A stretch of 64,000 nucleotides of DNA from Aplysia californica (lineage: Eukaryota): contig NW_004797297.1 of the NCBI RefSeq assembly GCF_000002075.1, positions 1,661,323 through 1,725,322 on the forward strand, written 5' to 3'. The notes beneath the pieces are model-generated. The model made no database searches and had not been told where the DNA came from. It saw only the letters and a program-made list of their open reading frames with translations. Position 1 is the first letter of the stretch, and every line of letters starts with the position of its first letter. Of the stretch, positions 28,144-40,200 are shown piece by piece. The position numbers were made by a program, and so were the translations under genes.

Positions 28144-28219
28144 ATGGGAAAGTTTTGGGGAAAGCTGCTATTCTTAGTCCTCCTTCTCATGCCGACGACG
28201 TTGATGCTTGTAGAACAAG
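28144..28219 (+). CDS. SSR1: SSR1 exon 1 (signal peptide)
   Basis: ATG in AAAATGG context, hydrophobic signal peptide, donor G|GTAATA. Confidence 0.88.
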
Positions 28220-31200
28220 GTAATAACTGTTATGTTTATGAACAGCTTGTTTGGGTCAACTATCTACGTGGCAAATATACCTATGTAGGCCAACTCATTT
28301 CATGATCTTAATATCACTCCCTTTTGATATTATTCTAAATTTATAATGTCTCTACGCTTGCAAATTGTAAATACTACCTGCTGCATATTAGCAGTGAGTC
28401 TTGGGACCCCTCTACACTTTGTAAATTGTCCTGGGAAGTAATATTTGGACTTGGGAGCTTGTCGAAAGTTTCATTATTGCAACGATTGACTGATTCTGAT
28501 GTATTGTTCTTGCAAGCTGTGGATACTTAGGCCCTAACTAACGCCCTAACCCTCGGCCTGCGGGGGCCGGGTTTATGTCGCCCGATAAGCGTATTTCAAA
28601 TCAAAACGAAGTGTATTCAGACTCGGTAACTGGGAACAAAGTCACAAAGTATACAGACCCGGTAGGGGAACTCTTTTGTGATTTCGGAGGGTTTCAGCGC
28701 CCAGACCCGGTAATGTATGTGTGTGTGTGTGTGTGTGAGTGAGTTAAAGAGAGAGAGAGAGAGAGCGCAGGGGGAAGTGCTAGCAAAAAGTATATAATAT
28801 GACATGTCTGCCAGTTGGCAGGAAGGAACGAAAGACAGAGACAAACAAAGAAAAAAAGAATACGAGCGATACAGAGAGAGAGAGAGACTGCTCGATTGAA
28901 ATTATGACATTGTTCTTTTCTTCAAATTGTGATTCCTCCAACTCCAAAACAGGGGAAAAACGATCGTTCATCGAAAAGACATCCGCAATCTTCATTTAGT
29001 TTTAGATCTAGAATCTAGATCTAGATCTAGAATCTAGATCTAGGTCTACAGTCTAGATCTAGATCTAGGCTAGCCTCGAAACTAGATCAATGATTTATAT
29101 CTGTCTGTCTAGATCTAGACCTAGGCCATAGATCTAGAAGAACCTAGTTCTACCCTGAGCCAAGAGGGTGCTGAAAGTTTCCGAAATCACAAAAGAGTTC
29201 CCCTACCGGGTCTGTATACTTTGTGACTTTATTCCCGGTTACCGGGTCTGTATACAGTACTCCCATTTCAAAACCTCGCCTGCATTCTGGTCCCACGTCT
29301 AGCCCCTTGCTCAGCGCTCGTGCGCCGAGCATCATATCCCCTTCAATTCGGGTCCAAAGAGTAAGACGTGCTACTAATGTTTCTTTCTGCAATCTCGTTG
29401 AAAACATTGGTTATTCTTTGAAATATATTGTGAATTTTTGCACAATTCTACTGTGCATAAACGAGAAATGTCCCCCCTTTGGGAATGGCCTAAAGACACT
29501 TCAGTCAGTGGCACCGCCTGGGGTGAGGGGGGGGGGGGGGGGGGTCCATACACTACTTTGTATAGATCTAGAATCTAGATCAAGTAAATCTGTCAAAATA
29601 ATTTTTTGAGAAATACTGAAAGTTTCAAAGAGATCTTCGTACTAGATCTAGAAGTATTCTAAAATGTAAAGAATACAAATCTGGAGGTTTAAAATGACCC
29701 CATGGCATACGGATATATGGTTAAAGTAATGCTAACTTGAATTGTTGTGTGTCAAAGACTTGCAAAGAGTACTAACCATGACTGGCTAAGAAGTTACACA
29801 GTTATTTTCAATTTTGTCATGTTTCTCAGGCAAAGGAAGCAATGTAGCTTTTGCTCAAGATTCCATGGAAGGTGAAGATGATGAGGCAACAGTTGAGACG
29901 GAGACTGCTGGAGATGAAGAAAGTCCAGAAGATGTTGAAGGATCGGTAACTGGAAAGGTACTAATTTGCTATTAATAATTTGGAAGTGATTATTTCTCCG
30001 AACGCTCAGGGAAATAAAGTTGACCTTTATTTCTCCAAACGGTTTCCGTTCTCAAAGTTTTTCAGTTATTTGCAAGATTTAGGCGTCATCATTCATTCTG
30101 CCGTTCTTCAAGGACTGAAGAAGCATTTTTTGCATCATATTCAAGTTCTAGAGTTACAGATTTTTTTGATGTCTGAATATTAAGATACTTCAATTGTGGT
30201 TGGAGCAACGTTCCCGGACTATACTTCATTTGAAAAGGTACTGCGAGAAAACAAGACTGCCCGACTTTTGCAGTAACCTATTTTGCATTTAGTCAACCCT
30301 AAAGCATAAAGTAAAATCTTTCATATAAACAACACACAAAAAACACGCCCCTTTCGCATGTTATATATATAAATTCTCTCTCTCGTTCGTGTGCACGCTT
30401 CCCGAGCGTTCGGAGAAATAGAGCCGGCCTAATAATATTATGATGGTAAACTTAAATCATCGGTTACGGCTTTTGCCTTTTATGTCTCGTTTTAAATCCG
30501 TAACTCCCTTTGGGCGTGATAAATGCCCTGTATGAGTGTTTTCACTATTAGTACAATATGGGCAGGTTATTTATAATTTATCTCGCTATAGTTCTGTGAT
30601 TGGCCCAAATGTAGATTACCTATTTTCGTCATCTTCCGGGGTTTCCTCCAACTTGTGGGTTTCCCTCACCAGTAACTGTTGACTAGATCTCGCCGTATTT
30701 GTTTTGTTTTTTGGGGAGTTTTTTTGTTTTTTGCTGTTGGGTTTTTGTTTTTAAATTTGTGTTATATTTTATAAACAATCTTAGCAATCCTTGTTCCATA
30801 AATTTACCTTCTCACCTTCTCCTCAAAGTTGTACACACACACACAGCGTGTGCACACAATTCGACAAATGCGCGCGCTCACATCCCAAGTTGTCGGCTGA
30901 AACTTAGTGTCGTAGCCCATGGCGCAGGCCCGCCATGGTGAGATGTAGTCAACTGGCGAGGGAAGCCCCAGGAGATGGCGGAAATACGACATCTATATAT
31001 TTGGCCAATCACTGAGGTGTGCTAGGTGCTCGCTGTAGCTTCATGTGTCGTGACTGTAGGTTTGTAGTCAATACTCTTGAATTTCATCGAATAAAAAAAA
31101 TAATGTAACTGCTCCAGTAAATTAAACTTATAATATTACGGTAAAAAACGAATTGATCTTTCAATGCATCTTTATTTGACCAGGATCACTTCAAGGCCGA

Positions 31201-34200
31201 AGTATCTTTTTTTATTTTAAAAGTTTTCGGGGATTGATCCACAAAGTTTCTTTCAATCAACTCTATTGTGCCCTCTGATTTTAAAGAAATTAAGAGAACA
31301 TCTTCCAGTGGATCGATTTTGTTTTAATAAAGAGTAAGGAGAAAGCTTGATTCCTTGTCTACCCAATAAATATGATATTGACCCTTAAATATCTAGTATA
31401 GCAGGAAAAAAATATTATGAAGACTTCCAAATATACCTGGGACTGGGGCTCTTGTTCTGTCAGCACCTTTAGTGGACTACCAATGGCAGGGGGGGAATTC
31501 AGTAACGAGCGACCAGAATGGAATAGAGGTTAGGGGTAAGGTTAGGGTTAGAATGTCTCTTCTATTGTTGTTTTTTGGGGGGTGGCTCGTTTCGGAAGTC
31601 CTTCCGATGGCAGCATCTCTAGTTGTCTAGTTGATTAATAACAGCTAAAGTGCTGTTGCTTCATGCCGGCTTTTCCACTTTTTAGTTAAAAATTAACCCC
31701 ATGTGGTTATTGTGTATACTTATTGGGAAATGAGTGATCAGTCCATGCGTGCAACATCGTACCATTTGGGTGACGGCTTTTACACTGAAGAACTTGTTGA
31801 AATGTTGTAGATGTTTTAATACGATTAAAATGGATTTGCTCAAGTTTTGGCTAAATCAAGTACTTAATGCACATTGCGCCCTGTAATTCCTTGGAGAGGA
31901 TGAAATTATTTTATCTTGTGAAATGGGACTGGAAGTTTTGATTTTACAATATTACTTGATTGAATACTTTGTTCCGTGGGTGGTGGGGTTTTTTTTGTGG
32001 GTTTTTTAAAGTAATTATTGTCATTGTCTTCTTACGCTACAGCTCCTTCCTGTAATGTGATTTTTTCTCTACCATGTAGACTTTTAAAATATTGTCTTTG
32101 GTGGTAATAGATGTATTCCTTCATGTCTTTTACAAGGATGCTGAAGAAGCTGCTGAGGAAGAGGAAACGGAAACTCTAAAGCCTTCCCCAGATGCAGATA
32201 CATTTGTCCTTTTCACAAAGCCAGCCAATCCTCTTGGTAAGAAAAGTGCTAAGTACTTATGGTAACCGAGTTTTTGTTGTTAATAACAATATACAATAAT
32301 TGGTTTTGTCATGTCTTACAGCGTTTATATATTAACTTATAAGTAGAGCTGTGTTTTCGTTTAGAGGTATGTGTTGGACATTGGATGAGTGTTTCTAAGC
32401 TGAAGATGTTTTTTATTGAGACAACCTGAATTGTCAAAGGTGTTCGGTAAACATAGTCTCTGATTATTTCTCATGGTTAAGTTTCAGGATGTTCTTTTTA
32501 TTTCCTTGGAATAAATTGTAGACTGAAGATTTCATTGTTCACCTATTTTCTGTTCGGTTGTTCTACAATTGTGGGGTCCCATGCCGATTCCCAAATTGTC
32601 CACTGACTGCTTTCTAAAATCAGATATTTTGGGCATGAGAGGTAGACCCAGTTTCTGTTGGCAAATAGATATCATGGCACCAAAGTTTTTTGGTAGATAA
32701 TTGCTTTATGACTTTCTGTCTCACCCCCGGTTAACACACACACACACACACACACCCTTTTTCTTCTTTTTTTTGACAGAATTGCCTGCTGGTAAACAAG
32801 TGCGCATCTTGGTTGGTTTCACTAACAAGGGCAAACTGGACTTCTTGGTGGACAGCATGGAGGCTTCTTTCAGATACCCCCAGGACTACAGTTTCTTCTT
32901 GCAGAATGTAAGTGATTAAGAGGGAATAGTTACTTATTTCAACATAATTAGGAGGATATAAATTGTGCGTGTAGGAATGTCCCTCGTGCTCAACTTCCTC
33001 AATTCTGATTAAACTGTTATTTGCCTTCTCTCTCCGAGAATTTTTTTTGGTTTTTTTTTTTTTTTTAATAGCAGATTTGCTTTGCATGGGTAATTATAGG
33101 TTTAGGCAAGGTTTAACTTAGTTGTTAAACATTTCAAGTAAATTGTAAAGCTGGTTTCAGCAAAAGTTTGCAACTCACCAAGGTCATATAAGTGCAGAAG
33201 ATTAACTCATTCGCTATGCTGAGCCGTAGGGGGCGGCGCGGCTGAAGTGCCGTCAGTACACTAAGCTGCCCCCCGGCTGCTCGAGAACCGATCTTCAATT
33301 TTAGCTTAGATTCTATTCCAATCCACATATCCATGTTAAAATAAAGGTCATAATGTTGACTTTCGGGTCAAGCGTTTCCACCGAAAAATCGGAAGTTTTG
33401 ATTCAGTTTTTAAACACAATTTTGAAGTTTATGCCACTTTGTTTTATCGCGATGCTCAAATTATAGCCCAGACCCCAGTCTTACTACTTTTACACAACAA
33501 AATATAGCATTATTTTTCATACTAAAAGAATGTAGGACTCTTCTTTAGAATATTGATACATTTGGGCTCTAATTGCCATTGCTCTGTTACTGAGAAATCA
33601 ATATTTTTCAATGCTAGATCTAGATTTAAATTGTCAAATTATTATTTTTTTCCCAAAATTCACTATTTTTTGTGAAATTACACCCCAAAAAGTACCACTC
33701 AATATCTGCAGACATGCAACATGTCGGGCCCTGCTAACAAACTTCTTTTTCTTGTGGTGAAATTAATTTATGATGTCTCTTGGGGAATGTGGATTACATT
33801 GTTTTCTGATTCAAATGTACTTAATTTTATCAACATTTTAAAAAAAAACAAATTCTGATAGTATGGTCTTCACAGACTTTGACAAAACATTTTTTTTAGA
33901 TGAATGCTGTAGCTAAATCAATTATATTTTCCCATTTTTATAAAATATTACTTACTGATGACTTTGAAAGTGTAGTGTGTGTCTTGCTTTTTGTGTCGTT
34001 TTCTTGTTCTTCATATCATTGTTCTTTTTCAGTTCACCACCATGTCTTTTGGCACTGTGGTTGAGCCAAGACGCCAGGCAACCTTTGAGTATGGATTTGT
34101 CCCAAATGAAGCTTTCAGCTCCAGGCCTTTTGGTTTGTCTGTGACGATCAACTACAGAGATTCTGTAAGTCATAGTTCTCAAAAAGTTCCTAAATTTATC

Positions 34201-37200
34201 AATTTACTTCAGGTAATGTGGGTAACACTTACTGTTATATTTGTTTAATCACTAATTTTATGTTCTGGTTGAATTCTTTATTGTTGTGCACTTCGGGGCT
34301 TTTAGAATAATGAACTAATGCAAATTATTGTTAGTAATGAACTATTGTTATGTTGAAATCTGTGCACATCAAAGTTGAAATTGTTTTTGAAAAATCTTTT
34401 CCTTTTCCATCCAGGAGGGCACCATTTTCCAGAATGCTGTTTTCAATGAGACGATCCAAGTTATTGAACCGGATGAGGGATTGGATGGGGAAACGTGAGT
34501 GTTTAATTCAATACCGTTTTAGTGTAAAGTATTGCTGTTTTCCCACTTGATGTGACCTACAAATCCTGGCATGATCGCTACAAACTCTGAAACAGGGCAT
34601 GGGCTCATCCCATTTGTCTCTCCATTCCTTTTAATGTGTATTTTATGTGATGATGGACAATGGTCTTAAACACTGAATAAAAACAACTGCATTATTCAGG
34701 GGGCGGTGGCATATCGACGAAAAAATAAACCAATTCCGAGTTACAACTGAAGTGGGGGGGGGGGGGGATATTTTTGTTAGCGCAGAAAGACTTGAGGCTT
34801 TGCAGCTGTATGGTATAGTACTGTGTAATTTATTGATTTCATTTTTATTTTGCAGGTAGATAAATGGTTGGTTGCATTTTCATAATGCCAACCAACAACT
34901 CTTACTTGCAACATTAATATTGGATGCTAGTTTGACCCGTGTTTGTATGCTGTACAAATACAGGATAAATGTCATCCCACATACAATTTATGTAGTGTTT
35001 TTATAGCATTTAAAATTTAAATAAGTACAGTTGAACCTATTAAGTTGGAAGTTTGGACCCTGTGATGGTGGAATTTTCCCCTTCACGCCTTGATAAATTC
35101 CTAACAAATCTAAGACGGAAACCTTTTCTACCCGCAAATGGGCAAAGAAATTCTTTCCCTTCTGGGGGTTTTGACCTGTCGCAGGCAACAATACTTTGTC
35201 CGCTCAGCCCTGATTCAAAAGAAAAGTCCCAACTAAGATTAATTCAGCTGGCTCTCTATGACATGGCTGCCTGGAAAGGAACAGGGGAAGAGATGCGGAC
35301 TGTGAGTAGCTGTTGTTCCACCCATATGAGCCCTGAGCGATGCAGGTGGTCATGGTAGTTTAGATGTGAAAACTGACTGCTGCTTGTCTTCAAGGTGCGC
35401 TGGCACTGAAACTTTCCCGATAGCCAGAGGTATGAAATTTGACCTTTGTTTGCCACCCTGAGCATATGGCCAATGGCCAGCCTAGGACAAAGTTCTTTGA
35501 AGTATTGTTACTTGTACACACTAGTCATGGCTTTCTACCTTTTTTATTAGAGCTCGTTATATATGATTAAAAGACTTGTGGCTTTTGTTATAATTGATTT
35601 TATCGGGGAGTTATAGCGCAGCAAACAGAGGAGGGGTGGCATTAGTGGAATGTGTTTTATTACATCCGTGATTGGGGCAAAACATGGGAGCAAAGGATAT
35701 ATTAACACCAGGTCTGGAAAAAGTCTGGAATTTTGAGATAGGTCAGGAAAAAGTCGGGAATTTTGTGATGGGTCGGTAAGTCGGGAAAGGATAGGGCCTG
35801 CGTAATGTGTAGCTATCTAGACTGTATGGCTGATGAATCCTGAAGAGGAAACATAATTGAACCGCTATGGCGGAAGTGTATGTGTGACACCGAGGCTCGA
35901 TCAGGAAGAATCAAGATCTGCTTTCGTTACCACCCAGAAATTTTCCGGTAATAGTCTGATAGATAACGCAAAATTTGTAACATGCAGGTTGTGCATTACG
36001 AACGCTTTGTCGCCTTGAAAATAAATCAATATTAAAAGTTTGTCCTCTGCTGTCACTTGTGGAAAAAAAAAAGAAAAGAAAGTTATACAAGCGTTTTGTC
36101 AGGTTCGCCCTTGTGACTGGTCAATGAACCTGTGAGTACCGGCGGTCTGAGCGCTGTGAAGTATAGGACTCCGGAATTGGNNNNNNNNNNNNNNNNNNNN
36201 NNNNNNNNNNNNNNNNNNNNNNNNNNNNNNNNNNNNNNNNNNNNNNNNNNNNNNNNNNNNNNNNNNNNNNNNNNNNNNNNTTGAAGACTACGTTAGAGGT
36301 CAAAAACTGAACTTTGAAGCAAATTTTTAGTATATTTAGAATTTTGATAACTACTATAAGAGCTCTCGGCAAAGCACGCGTTGGTGCAGGCCTTGTGTGG
36401 AATCGGGATCCGTCATGCCTTGTTATTGAACTAAAGTGTTCGCGTTTCATTGGATGGGGTGACTGTATTTATATCTACATCTATATTTTAGCTTTCTGTT
36501 CAAGATTGGCAGAATTTCAGTGTCACTGCATCTTGCCCTCCCTCAGTTCTTACACCTCTCACACTGAATAGATCTACTTGAGCCATTCAAGTTATTACTA
36601 TTACTCTACTTTGAGTTTGAGCAATAGTTTTCGTCTTCACGTTTATTATATGAATCATGACACCCAGACTGGTTATTGACAGTCGATATTCTGGTTCTAG
36701 GTATTTTCTCAGGCTCAAAGCAGGATTCCTTTTTTATATAGGGCCTATAGTTTATGTAGGCTAATATGATGAGGGGGAAATATAAATACATGTAAGTAAG
36801 AACAGACTGAAATGCCAAAGTCACTCAAGATCCCAGTGCCACACTGACATGTCGACTGGATATAATGTACCTACATGTTTGTGTGTATATGTGTTCACGA
36901 ACATATACATATATATTATATCTGATATAAATGGAGCATGCGCTGCCATTATGTAACACGCCCCTGGAAAATGGAGGGCGCGTCCCGTCCCCCCCCGGGA
37001 AATTTGAGAAGCTGGGTAGCAGTCACCCAGTATTTTAATCATCTGTTGTTTGAATGAAGACTACTACAAAATGTACATTTGCATTCATTTTAAGACATTT
37101 TGACTTTTTATCATTGATGATGGCCTTTTTGGGGGATCATTCTTGATGCGCAGCAGCCTGATTTTTCTCTCAAATTGGGGTCTTGAAAAAATTTCCAAGA

Positions 37201-40200
37201 TTTGGTGGGGACCCTGTATTAAGTCCTTTGCTTTTAATCAGTTAAAAAGTGGTCCTTTGGACCCTCCCCTTAAAAATTCCCCTGTGCAAGACATAATTTT
37301 TTTCTGTCTCCCTTGTGATTCTTTTTTTTTAGACAGGTTCACTCATGATACTGCTGGACATGACATATTTATGTCTTAACTTTTTTGTTTCAGATTTTTC
37401 CTGTACGTGTTCCTGGCTGCCATTATCATTTTACTTCTTGTTGGCGCTCAGCAGTTGGTTGCTAGCTTTGGTGTAAGTATTCCTGTCCTATTTCAGCATT
37501 CAAGAGTTTATGGGTGATGTTCTGTAGGTTTTTCAACTTGTGGAGAGCTTTGCTTGTGCAGTATTATTATGTAGGGTCTAATCTTACTTTTTCATGCTCA
37601 AAATGTATATCTGTATCAAAGTATAGTCTTTGGGTTATCACAATTCCTCAGAATGTGGCTTACTGTTGACTTATTGAATAACACAGGTTATATAGATTTT
37701 ATGCCACTGTTTCATGAGGGACCTTGTCTCATTCTCTTGTACTATCCCAGGATATATCTGTTTGACATATGTCAGAAATGGGTTGGGTTTTTTTCTTGTA
37801 ATCAGCATGGTTATAAGAAATGCAAGGAAACAGCGGGTGATGCATTGCTGTATGCTACTACCCTCCTGAGGGCTTGCTAGAGAAACTTTGGAGTGCTAGA
37901 GCATGACTTGGACTATGTTTCAAGTTGTGTGTAGAACACTCTGTACATACACCGAGAAAAGAGATAGCCGATGCTTGTATATTACAGACCTGCCAACCAC
38001 TCCATGGCCAAAAATAATTTTTCTCTAAAAATCGGGGAGATGCTCTAGAACTCGAGAAGATTGATATTGTGTTACTAACCTGTTGTGGCAAATGTGTGTG
38101 TGCCGGGAAAGGTACCGGTTAATGCATTTACCCAAACTGTAGTACACGGCAATAAAAGATCAATTTTTACCAAATTTGAGTTCCATTAAAAAGGGGGCTC
38201 TAGCTTTATTGGAGTTCTTGGTAGGTTTGACATACTGTATTCAGCTCACTATTGAAAACAACAACACTGTTTTACATTCTGTATTTGTTTTCATTTTCAA
38301 GTGCTGTGACAATGTTGCCATGTTCATTTGTGTAAGATTATAATACAAATGCTGTGAGTCGGGATAAACAGTCCACACACTATTGCGCCGTGAAGGGTTT
38401 TGGGGGTTTTTTTTAGTTAGAAAGTATGCCTTGTATTCTACATTTCAAGACTGGCTTTGACTTATCATTCCCATTTGCTGTAATCTTCTGACACCTTGAA
38501 CTGTTTTTTAAGTTGTGCATGCAACATAATTTAGAGCTATTCAACTAATAAGCCAGAAGCATTTAAACAGGGAGTTTGTCACCTGTGAATGGTTTTCATT
38601 AGAGTGCAGTCCAGATATTTTTACCTGTTCCGGTGGCATCTTGACTTCTTTTTGACATTCAAAGTAACAATTCAGAGCCTTTTAGACACTTTCATCTTTG
38701 AATAGTTACTCTCTTTGGGCAAAAAGCCCTCATCCAAACCGCAGAGTAATTGAAATGGGGCTTTGATTTGTTTCTTGTTTTGTTTTGATTGTGGGTGTTT
38801 TTGTTGTTTTTGCCCTCCCCCAACTGAGATTTTCCTTTACGAAAGAGGGATGCTGAATGACATCTATTTCATCTTGCAAGGAAACAGCGGGTGATGCATT
38901 GCTGTATGCTTCTACCCTCCTGAGGGCTTGCTAGAGAAACTTCGGAGTGCTAGAGCATGACTTGGACTATGTTTCAAGTTGTGTGTAGAACACTCTGTAC
39001 ATGGAGAGGAAAAAAGGGTTACTCATAGGGGGCGGGGAGGGGTCTGTCCACTTTTATTAAGCCGGGGTAGAGCGGTTTCAAAATTTTACAACTAGCATTA
39101 AGGTTTTGCATGGAACATTCAACCTTTTTTTAAAATAAAAAGTGCAGTCGAACCTGTCCAAAATTAACACACACACACACACACCCCTTTTTTATTTTTT
39201 ATTTTATTTGGGGGGGGGGGGGTGAAAAAAGTCTGAGACAATTGTCCTTATATTTCTGAAAGAAACGCTAGTGGGAGGGGGACTATCCTGTGAGCTTTCA
39301 TATATAAAAGACTTCGTTTTCAAATAACATTAGATGTACCACCATCTGAAGCGTCTGTGGTGTGGCGTGTTTTTATGGTTGCTTTTTAAATTGTTAATGG
39401 CGGTTTGTTTGTTGTTTGATTGGTTGTTTTTTTTATGTTCAAATAAGACCTGCCTTTGATTTAAAATGTGGGAACTATTATTCGTTACCCATGCAAGGAA
39501 ACAGCGGGTGATGCATTGCTGTATGTTTCTACCCTCCTGAGGGCTTGCTAGAGCATGACTTGGACTATGTTTCAAGTTGTGTGTAGAACACTTTGTACAT
39601 GGATAGAGAAAAAAAATTTTACTCTTTGGGGACAGGGAGGGGTCTTTCCACTTGTAATAAACCAGGGTGGAGTGGTTTCAAAATTTTGCAGTTAACATTA
39701 AGGTTTGGCATGAAAAATGCAATCTCTTTTGAAATAACAAAGTACAGTCGAACCTGTCCAAGATTACCGCCCATGTTGATGAAAAAAATGGTCTGCTTAG
39801 ACGACAGTGTCCTTATATTTCTAAGAGAAATGTTAGGGGGAAGTGGACAATCTTGTGATGTTTCATATAAAAGACTTCGTTTTCACATAACATTGGATGT
39901 ACCTCCATCATGAAGTGTCTATAGCATGTTTTAATTGTCGTTTTTGTTAATGATGGCTTGTATGTTGGGTTTTTTAATGTTCAAATAAGACTTACCTTTG
40001 ATTAAAAGTGTGGGAACTATTGTCCATTAGCCATGCAAGGAAACAGCGGGTGATGCATTGCTGTATGCTTCTACCCTCCTGAGGGCTTGCTAAAGAAACT
40101 TCGGAGTGCTAGAGCATGACTTGGACTATGTTTCAAGTTGTGTGTAGAACACTCTGTACATGGAGAGAGTAAAAAACAAACAGTTTACCCTTTGGGGGCG

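Noticed and set aside
28530-28553. CCCTAACTAACGCCCTAACCCT as a possible telomerase RNA template
   Set aside because: No pseudoknot, CR4/5 or H/ACA domain identifiable; adjacent sequence is transposon-derived.
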